A DNA stretch of 64,000 bases, from positions 65,787 through 129,786 of the forward strand of contig MEOH01000019.1 of the NCBI GenBank assembly GCA_001769535.1. The letters are read 5' to 3'. This stretch comes from Bacteroidetes bacterium GWF2_38_335. GTDB taxonomy: Bacteria > Bacteroidota > Bacteroidia > Bacteroidales > GWF2-38-335. Below are positions 38,166-45,270 of the stretch, one piece after another (positions within the stretch are counted from its first letter, which is position 1; every line of letters begins with the position of its first letter). The notes beneath the pieces were generated by a model that ran no database searches, was not told the origin of the DNA, and saw only the letters and a list, made by a program, of their open reading frames with translations. The position numbers and the translations under genes were made by a program.

Positions 38166-38508
38166 GGTTGATGGGTTGATAGGTTGATAGGTGGAAGGGT
38201 GGTATGAGGTATGAGGTATGATGTATCATGTATCATGTATGAGGTATTTTCAACCCATAACCCATAACCTATAACTCATAACCCATAACCTCCCATCCAT
38301 TTCCGCCGGAATAGTATTTTTTGGTTCTAATAAGTAAACGGCCGGCGGTTTTGTTCATATTTTTTATTACCCCGGCCGTTAGCCGGGGCTGAATTTAGCT
38401 GGCCTTTCAGGCCGTTAGTTCATCAGGATTTAAGAACATTAACCCATCACTTATAACCCATCACTCATAACCCATAACTCATAACCTATAACTCATAACT
38501 CATAACCT
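38166..38508. repeat. composite structured repeat, copy A: heptamer arrays flanking a ~150-nt three-hairpin core
   Basis: The element runs in this order. First, GGTTGAT-type units (38166-38189), GGTATGA/CATGTAT units (38200-38246) and ATAACCC-type units (38252-38291). Then the core, with hairpins ccgccgg...ccggcgg (38303-38348), ccccggc-cgtta-gccgggg (38370-38388) and ggcct-ttc-aggcc (38401-38413). Last, ATAACCC/ATAACTC units (38441-38508). It is the inverted counterpart of 58939-59256. Confidence 0.85.
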
Positions 38509-41500
38509 ACTCAATCAAAACAAAAGCCGCCCAAAAATAGGGATCATATTTTTTTCGCATTTCATTTTGAGTTTCATTAAATGATTTGCGTATGTCTTTT
38601 GATTTCAGAAGTTTTGTATAAAAAGTTGTCATGAATTCTTCGGTTTCCTTGTCGGGTACCTGCCATAAACTCATGATAAGGAATTTTGCTCCGGTCATTT
38701 TAAAAGCACGCTGCAGTCCGTAAACACCTTCGCTGCCTTTGATATCTCCCAATCCTGTTTCGCAAGCAGAAAGTACTACCAGTTTTGTTTTCCCAAGATC
38801 CATATTTGAAACTTCCAGAGCGGTAAGAACACCGTCTTCACCCTCAATTTTCTCCTTGTTTGTAACATCGTTTGCTCTTGCAAGAGCCAGACCTGAGCGC
38901 ATGAGCGGATTATTGTTTTCGGTGAAATTGTAAATCAAACTTCTGGAATTACTGCCCCTGAATGCAACTTCTTCTCCGGTTGTTTCAATATTCAGGTCAT
39001 TTGAGGCGATGCCATCCTGAGCTAAAACTTCGGATGGCGAGGGGAAAAAGAAGCCATGTGTGGCGATGTGAATGATACCCGGAGCATTTTCACCACTCAT
39101 CGCTTTGATGTTTTCCTCACTGGCTTGCAAACCGGAAAATTCCGAAGACAAACATTTATTTGTGCTAAAAATTTTATTAATGTTATCGGCTTCATTTTTA
39201 GTTCCTTCAAGATATGTCCATGCTTCATTTTCAGTCTTTTCATTGGTGAACTGAGCTCCGCCGAAAATATTGATTTTCAAATCATCCTGTTTTAGCAGAT
39301 CAGACTTTTTATCAGCAATCAAAGCAGTAGAAGAAACCGAGTTTAGTTCAAATCTGTTTAATATACTGATTCCCTTTTGATCAGTGATGCCTGCAAATGA
39401 AACTTTATGAAGCAATCCTGATGGTGAATAAAATATTTTATTGATGCCATTCAAAGCAGAATCCATAGGATTCCATAATGTTTCATAAAGGGCAGTATTT
39501 CCGGATCTTTCGCTTCCGTAAACAGTGAAAATGTATTGCTGGTCATTTGGTGCAGTTTTTCCGATAATTTTTTCAAGCTCAGCAGCTTCAAATAAACTGA
39601 CGATTATGGGAAACTCACTGTCCTGTCTGATAATCATTGCAAAATAGTTATCAGAAAACTGATTGTTTTCAACCATTCCGTAATGCGAAAATTCAATGGA
39701 TGCTTCGCCAACACCAAGATTCTTCTTAATTTCCTGCCAGTCTGAACTGAAAATATCCATTTCATTTTGAATTTCCACCGATTTTTGAACAAGCTCTTTT
39801 TCAAGATTGTTAATGGATTCTTCAATTTCGGTAATGCTCTCGAAACGCGATGATTCGGGCAAAGAATAAAGTTTTGCGAGTTTTTGTTTTTCACCCACCC
39901 AATGATTATATTTTTCAATTAATACCGGGTCTTTGCTGCCCAAAATTTTCTCTTTCATTTTTCCGGTAGATTTCAGGAGAATTCCTTTGTTGATCATCTC
40001 TGAATTGTATGCATACACCGAGACCGAAGGATTTGTTTTTTTTGTTTTCATTGCAAACGAACAGTACAGATCATAGTAATGACTGACCGTTTTAAGAAAA
40101 TTGAATTTTTCCTGTTCTGTTAGAAAGGAGAAGTTTTCCCTGATAGCTTTATAGTTCAGATCGAGAGCTTTTTGATAGCATTTTTCGGCTTCAGCAAAAT
40201 TGCCTTTGCGCTCAAGAATATAAGCCAGACTTACCAAAACTTCGGAACATTCGGGATTATTTTCACCAAAAGATTTCTGATCAAGTTCAAGGGCTTTTTT
40301 GCAGTACATTTCAGCTTCATCATATTGAGCTTTTGCCGAATAAACCATGGAAATATTATGGTAAGCTACTGAAAGGTCTGGATAATTTTCGCCAAATATT
40401 TTCTTTTCCAAATCAATGGCTTTTAACAGATTGATTTCAGCTTTATCATATTGGCCTGTATTTCGGTAAAATTCCCCGAAATTGTTGAGATGGAGGGCAT
40501 AATCGGGATGATTTGTACCCAATATCACACTATCTATTTTAAGAGCACCATAAAGGTACTCTTCTGCTTTTGAGGCATATTGGTTTACCTTGTTGATGTC
40601 ATCCGAAAATAATGCTTTTGAAAGATATAATGATCCCAGATTGTTGAGCGTCGTTGAAATATTTAGGTTGTTTTCTCCGAAAAGCAATTTGTATTTTTCA
40701 TAGGCAGACAGATAATATTTTTCAGCTTTATCGTAATTACCTGTTTCATAGTAAAATGCACCTAAGCTTATTAATGATGAGGCGTAATTTGGATGATCGG
40801 TTCCCATGCTTTCCTTTAAGATATTTTCAGATTTCAACAAATATTCCTCGGCGACTTTATTATTGCCCTTTTTAAGCATTACATTGGCCAGATTGGTAAT
40901 AATACTAACATTATCAGGGTGGTCTTCACCATAAGATGCGATCTGTATTTTCAATGATTTTTCAAGTTCATCCTCTGCCTTTTCATATTCGCCCGATTCA
41001 AGAAAATAATTTCCATAGTTGTTTAGAAATACTGAAAATTGCGGATGCATATCACCATAAAGTTTTTCATAAATCAACCTGCATTTTTCATAGGTTATAC
41101 CTGCTAACTGATAGTTTCCCATATAGGAATACAAAGCAGCCAGATTGATAAGTGAAGTGGCATAATTTGCATGTTTTTCGCCCACAGTTGATTTATGAAT
41201 TTCGAGAGCTTTTAGCAACAAAGTTTCTGCCTCGGGATATTTGCCCAGGGCAATTTTTACCTGTGCCAGTCCGGAAAGCGCAGTAGCATAATCAGTATGT
41301 TTTTCGCCAAGAATCTGTTTTTGAAGTTCACAAACTTTTTCGTATTTCTGTTCCGCTTCAGTGTATCTGCCCAATTGTTCATATACTCCGGCAATATTGC
41401 TCAGTGTCCCTGCATAGGCATTGTATTTTTCGCCATAAAGTTTTTTCTGGTTTTCAGCGACTTGATTAAAAAGTTCCAGAGCTTTTTCATATTTGCCGTT

Positions 41501-42601
41501 GTTGGAATAGGTTAAGGCCAGACTGTTAAGTGCAATATTGTAATTTGGATTATCTGGACCGTAAACCTTCGAATAAATATCAACAGCTTCTTTTAGCAAT
41601 GCTTCTGATTCGCTTTTTTTACCCATGTTATCATAAAGAACAGACAGATTGAAAATGCTTAATGCATAAAAATCGGATTCTTTTTTGAATACTTTCTCCT
41701 TGATTTTAATGCACTGAAGATACAGTTTCTCGGCTTCCTCGTTTTTGCCCTGTTTTTCGCAGGCAACAGCCACATTGTTTAAAGCAGTCGCATGATCGGC
41801 AGTGTTTTTTCCGAAAAATTCAATGGATAGATCAAGAGATTTTTTAAAGATGATTTCCATTTTATCGTACATTCCGGCGTATTGGTAGAATTCGCCCAGA
41901 CTGTTTAAAGTCAGGATATAATCGGAGGATAATTCGCCCGACATTTGTTTGACCTGCTCCGGAGCTTTCACATAAAATGGCTCAGCTTTTTCATAGTTTC
42001 CGGTCGACAGGTAAAATGGGGCGATGGTGTTGACCATCTGCATGTACAGTGTGTCGGTTTCCTTGTAATTTTCCTTAATAACACGAAAAACATCTTCATA
42101 AATTTCTTCGGCGATTTTATAACTTCCGGCAATATTGTAAATATTTGCCTGTTGAATACCCGTATTGATATAATCCATGCTGTTTTTAGTCTGGTCCTTT
42201 ATGATGAAGTTAATGACCTCCTCCATGAGCGGATACGCCTCAGAATATTTACCAATATAGGTGTAGTTGACGGCCAGATTAAAAATGATTTGTAAATAAT
42301 TGTAATCCTCTTTGCCATAAATTTTTTCAGCCAGAACAGAAGTGGTTTTAAAAGTTTCAACCGCTTTTTCATAATCCTCTATGGCATAGAAAGAAAACGC
42401 CTGATATCTCAGAACGAAAACTTTGACAGTATCATGAAGAACAGGTTCTTTTAACAATAAATCTGCAGTTTGGATAGCCGTCGAATAATCCTGTGCCTGA
42501 AATTCAGAAATGAATTTATCGTAGTTTTTCTGCCAGTCCTGCGAAAAACCCGAACCCGACAGTAATAGCAATGAAACAGTGAGTGTTAATATAGTTTTCA
42601 T
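38507..42601 (-). CDS. exported TPR-repeat CHAT-domain protein (caspase-fold protease)
   Basis: Signal peptide MKTILTLTVSLLLLSGSGFSQ. About 20 kinesin-light-chain-type TPRs (YATALNNVAVACEKQGKNEEAEKLY etc.). CHAT domain with His (IIHIATHGFFFPSP) and Cys (VVLSACETGLGD), and the tail KYDPYFWAAFVLIE. Confidence 0.9.
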   Translation of the reverse strand: MKTILTLTVSLLLLSGSGFSQDWQKNYDKFISEFQAQDYSTAIQTADLLLKEPVLHDTVKVFVLRYQAFSFYAIEDYEKAVETFKTTSVLAEKIYGKEDYNYLQIIFNLAVNYTYIGKYSEAYPLMEEVINFIIKDQTKNSMDYINTGIQQANIYNIAGSYKIAEEIYEDVFRVIKENYKETDTLYMQMVNTIAPFYLSTGNYEKAEPFYVKAPEQVKQMSGELSSDYILTLNSLGEFYQYAGMYDKMEIIFKKSLDLSIEFFGKNTADHATALNNVAVACEKQGKNEEAEKLYLQCIKIKEKVFKKESDFYALSIFNLSVLYDNMGKKSESEALLKEAVDIYSKVYGPDNPNYNIALNSLALTYSNNGKYEKALELFNQVAENQKKLYGEKYNAYAGTLSNIAGVYEQLGRYTEAEQKYEKVCELQKQILGEKHTDYATALSGLAQVKIALGKYPEAETLLLKALEIHKSTVGEKHANYATSLINLAALYSYMGNYQLAGITYEKCRLIYEKLYGDMHPQFSVFLNNYGNYFLESGEYEKAEDELEKSLKIQIASYGEDHPDNVSIITNLANVMLKKGNNKVAEEYLLKSENILKESMGTDHPNYASSLISLGAFYYETGNYDKAEKYYLSAYEKYKLLFGENNLNISTTLNNLGSLYLSKALFSDDINKVNQYASKAEEYLYGALKIDSVILGTNHPDYALHLNNFGEFYRNTGQYDKAEINLLKAIDLEKKIFGENYPDLSVAYHNISMVYSAKAQYDEAEMYCKKALELDQKSFGENNPECSEVLVSLAYILERKGNFAEAEKCYQKALDLNYKAIRENFSFLTEQEKFNFLKTVSHYYDLYCSFAMKTKKTNPSVSVYAYNSEMINKGILLKSTGKMKEKILGSKDPVLIEKYNHWVGEKQKLAKLYSLPESSRFESITEIEESINNLEKELVQKSVEIQNEMDIFSSDWQEIKKNLGVGEASIEFSHYGMVENNQFSDNYFAMIIRQDSEFPIIVSLFEAAELEKIIGKTAPNDQQYIFTVYGSERSGNTALYETLWNPMDSALNGINKIFYSPSGLLHKVSFAGITDQKGISILNRFELNSVSSTALIADKKSDLLKQDDLKINIFGGAQFTNEKTENEAWTYLEGTKNEADNINKIFSTNKCLSSEFSGLQASEENIKAMSGENAPGIIHIATHGFFFPSPSEVLAQDGIASNDLNIETTGEEVAFRGSNSRSLIYNFTENNNPLMRSGLALARANDVTNKEKIEGEDGVLTALEVSNMDLGKTKLVVLSACETGLGDIKGSEGVYGLQRAFKMTGAKFLIMSLWQVPDKETEEFMTTFYTKLLKSKDIRKSFNETQNEMRKKYDPYFWAAFVLIE

Positions 42602-42690
42602 AGTCCATATTTGATGTAAAGATATGGAAAAATGTTTGTGTATGTATTCATTGGGTTATCCCAATTACTAATCGAAAAGTATTACTGTTT

Positions 42691-42880
42691 GGAGGACGCA
42701 AAATCCGACCTCCAATTAAAAAAACTGCTTTAAACACTTTTAAATTAACAGAATTAACCTGCCCTTTCAGGGCGCCGAAAATTGCCAATCTATAAACCTG
42801 AGGCGTTCCGCGTGTCGCCGTAGCTTTAGCGGAGGCACTGCCATCGGGCTGAATTAATCTGCCCTTACAGGGCGGAAAAA
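42691..42880. repeat. cluster of short hairpin modules related to the copy A/B core
   Basis: Hairpins ggagg-acgcaaaatccga-cctcc (42691-42713), gccct-ttc-agggc (42761-42773) and gccct-tac-agggc (42861-42873). The last is preceded by gggctgaatta, as in the A/B core (ggggctgaattta-gctggcctttcaggcc). Confidence 0.5.
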
Positions 42881-42935
42881 ATCGCCCTTAAAAACATTTT
42901 TAAATGTGAAATAATAATTTCCAAACTCTTTTTTC

Positions 42936-42943
42936 TAACTTTG
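42936..42943 (+). promoter_or_regulatory. candidate -7 box (TAACTTTG)
   Basis: Matches TAnnTTTG, 18 nt upstream of the ATG at 42961. Confidence 0.35.
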
Positions 42944-42960
42944 AAAAAGAAATTTTAATC

Positions 42961-43575
42961 ATGAGAGGATTTTTATTATTTTTTTTACTCTTGTCCATTA
43001 TTGGAAAATCCCAGGAACCGGTAATATCCTGCTCATTCGAAAAAATGAACGTGGTTTACATCGGCATCCCAAACCCCGTGACCATTGCCGCCAGTGGTTA
43101 CCAATGTGAGGAACTCACGGTGACCGGAATAAATTGCGAACTGACTTATAAAGAACCCGGAAAATATGATTTGATAACTAAAGGAGGAACTGAAGCTTTT
43201 GTGGTGGTGATGGCTGGAGGGGATACATTGGGGGTGGAAAAGTATAGGATAAGGCGAATTCCTGATCCCAATAAATTTTTTAGTAGAAATTGGTATGATT
43301 GCAGGTCTTGTATATCAGGGTCGTTTAAAGCAAATTATGATCATTATCCTTATTTAGATGTTGAATTTAAAGTTGTTAAAGTTATCTTTTTTTATCCTGA
43401 TCCAATTACTAATGAGATGTTGTCAATTGAAAGTGTTGGGGATAAATTAAATGAACAGGCAATTGCTGCATTGAATAAAACAAAAATTGGTCAAACAATT
43501 TGTGTTGAAATATATTGCATTGGTCCTGATAATGAGTTAAGAAAAGTTAATGTCGGGTGCATAGAATTATGGTGA
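42961..43575 (+). CDS. small exported protein resembling the C-terminal domains of GldM
   Basis: Signal peptide. KMNVVYIGIPNPVTIAASG..., ...YRIRRIPDP and ...GDKLNEQAIAALNKTKIGQTICVEIYCIGPDN mirror the motif order I recall for the GldM C-terminal region. No TM helix or GldM N-terminal part. Confidence 0.55.
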   Translation: MRGFLLFFLLLSIIGKSQEPVISCSFEKMNVVYIGIPNPVTIAASGYQCEELTVTGINCELTYKEPGKYDLITKGGTEAFVVVMAGGDTLGVEKYRIRRIPDPNKFFSRNWYDCRSCISGSFKANYDHYPYLDVEFKVVKVIFFYPDPITNEMLSIESVGDKLNEQAIAALNKTKIGQTICVEIYCIGPDNELRKVNVGCIELW

Positions 43576-43602
43576 TTTATTATGAAAATATAATTTAGTC
43601 AA

Positions 43603-44265
43603 ATGAAATATTTATTTTCAATAATATTAATTGTTAATACCATTTTATTGTTTTCGCAGAGCGATCATTTTGTAACAGTCTCCCTTGATAAAATGAATAT
43701 AGCATATATTGGCTTTCCTAATCCAATAAAAATATCTGTAGAAGGTTATAAAAATGAGGATTTAACAGTTGCATTAAATTCATATAATTCACCTGATACT
43801 ATAATACCAATTGAAGATGGAAAATATGATCTAAGAGTTACCGGAGGAAAAGAAGCATTCATAATAATCAAATCAAATAGTGATACTCTCGGGAAAATAA
43901 AAGTTTTAATTCAAAGAATCCCTGATCCAAAACCCAACTATTCATTAATGAAAGATGAAATTCCAACTGAAAATGTAATTTCAAAAAATGACTTATTAAA
44001 TGATTTTTATTTAACTACTGAACCTGAACAGGTTTTTGTTTACGACTGCGAATTCATAATAACCAACTACATCTTCAGCCACACCGACACCGCCAAAAAC
44101 ATAAAGAAAACCATTGAATGTGAAGGAAACCGGCTAAACAAAAAAATCAAAAAATACATTTCAAAGCTGCCTGCCGGTTCCGAAATTTCATTCACGATAT
44201 TTTGTGTTGGTCCGGATAATGAGAAAAGGAAATTAGAACCGCTGGTGTTACAGCTAAAATCCTAA
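43603..44265 (+). CDS. small exported GldM C-terminal-like protein (paralog)
   Basis: KMNIAYIGFPNPIKISVEG..., ...VLIQRIPDP and ...GNRLNKKIKKYISKLPAGSEISFTIFCVGPDN. Tandem paralog of 42961-43575. Confidence 0.55.
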   Translation: MKYLFSIILIVNTILLFSQSDHFVTVSLDKMNIAYIGFPNPIKISVEGYKNEDLTVALNSYNSPDTIIPIEDGKYDLRVTGGKEAFIIIKSNSDTLGKIKVLIQRIPDPKPNYSLMKDEIPTENVISKNDLLNDFYLTTEPEQVFVYDCEFIITNYIFSHTDTAKNIKKTIECEGNRLNKKIKKYISKLPAGSEISFTIFCVGPDNEKRKLEPLVLQLKS

Positions 44266-44347
44266 ATTTTATTATTGTCCTCGATTTTAGAATTTGAAAA
44301 AAAGATATTTGAAGTTCAGATATCTGGTTTTTTGATCTAGTCAGTTA

Positions 44348-44512
44348 TTACTTCGTGCTTAGTTTGGAAGGTTTTGGCAGACCAATTTTCTTAAGCATAT
44401 TGTTTGCTTTTTCAACTTTTTCAGGAAACAACACCACATTGTTGAATTTGTTTAAGGTTTTGTCAATTATTACAATTGGCGTTTTTCTTTTATTAATATC
44501 ATCAATGCTCAT
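44348..44512 (-). CDS. small hypothetical ORF (54 aa) in the cassette
   Basis: ATG 44512 to TAA 44348-44350, reading MSIDDINKRKTPIVIIDKTLNKFNNVVLFPEKVEKANNMLKKIGLPKPSKLSTK. It starts 3 nt after the upstream reading frame ends. It is below the 60-aa cut-off of the ORF track. No other support. Confidence 0.3.
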   Translation of the reverse strand: MSIDDINKRKTPIVIIDKTLNKFNNVVLFPEKVEKANNMLKKIGLPKPSKLSTK

Positions 44513-44515
44513 ATT

Positions 44516-44965
44516 CTAATTTTTTAATATTCGTTTAACAAGAAATGACAAATAATCGACATCTTTTTCATATTGCACCCAACCATCTTTTACTTCACCA
44601 TAAATTTCAAAGTCATTTAAAACTTCATCAAGATATTTTGAAATACCCATTCTATATAATCTTGTCCTTGCCTACGTGCTGCCTGTTGCATAAATATATG
44701 CATCCGGATATTTGTCAGTAAAAGCATAAACAGAAGCTATTACTGTTGCAAGTACTTTTTCGCTATCACCGTTATTGGAAATAATCATATCATCTATCTG
44801 TCCTGTATTTTTGTCTTTATCTCCAAAAGCCAAATTGTAAACATCCTTTAAGTTAGTTGGAGTATATTGAATAATTTTTGAAATTTTCCCACGAGAGCCT
44901 TCGCTAATGAACTCAAAAGTCCATAATTTTTCGCTTGATTTTAATTGATAACGTGGCAATTTCAT
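44516..44965 (-). pseudogene. ~149-codon gene interrupted by one in-frame TAG
   Basis: The 97-aa ORF ends ...YIYATGST at TAG (44672-44674). The same frame continues ARTRLYRMGISKYLDEVLNDFEIYGEVKDGWVQYEKDVDYLSFLVKRILKN to TAG 44516-44518. The joint GST-x-ARTRLYxMGI looks like one conserved motif from a small Bacteroidota protein family. I recall it being catalogued as a DUF, but I am not certain. Confidence 0.5.
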
Positions 44966-45022
44966 ATTATAAAATGCTTATAGTACAAAGATAATAAAAA
45001 ATTAAATAATCTCTTATGTGTT

Positions 45023-45118
45023 GAAGCTGATTCAGAAATTTCCTTCACCATATTTTGTATTGGTCCGGATAATGAGAAAAGGAAAATAAGTACACTGGTG
45101 TTACAGCTAAAATCCTAA
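45023..45118 (+). pseudogene. 3' fragment of a GldM_C-like gene (duplicate of the end of 43603-44265)
   Basis: Translates as ...ADSEISFTIFCIGPDNEKRKISTLVLQLKS* against the intact gene ...AGSEISFTIFCVGPDNEKRKLEPLVLQLKS*. There is no upstream coding part. Confidence 0.7.
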
Positions 45119-45188
45119 ATCATTTTTTTTATTGTCAGTATATTGATATCAGTAATTGAAAACAATTGCCCAATGATAGTTTTTTTGT

Positions 45189-45196
45189 AATTTTGA
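45189..45196 (+). promoter_or_regulatory. candidate -7 box (TAATTTTG)
   Basis: Matches TAnnTTTG, about 75 nt upstream of the ATG at 45271. Confidence 0.25.
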
Positions 45197-45270
45197 TCAA
45201 TTGTAAAAAATGTATTAAACCTAAGTCACTTGACAGAATTTTATAAATATCGCCGGTTAATTAAAAAATC

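Larger units (their letters stand above)
44283..45022. mobile_element. ~740-bp inserted two-gene cassette bounded by ~115-bp direct repeats
   Basis: The 3' end plus ~20 nt downstream of gene 43603-44265 (about 44165-44282) recurs at about 45023-45138. The segment in between carries two minus-strand reading frames unrelated to the neighbours. Confidence 0.4.

Noticed and set aside
38117-38236. N-terminal 40-codon extension of the GH97 ORF
   Set aside because: The extension is a read-through of heptamer repeats (HTTLPPINLSTHQPHHH...). The internal ATG at 38116 gives a standard lipoprotein signal peptide.
38292-38440. A/B core hairpins as ordinary rho-independent terminators of the CHAT genes
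   Set aside because: In the gene-sense orientation the GC hairpin ccccggc/gccgggg is followed by an A-run, not a T-run. The T-run after ccgccgg...ccggcgg is on the antisense strand, and that hairpin has a ~32-nt loop.
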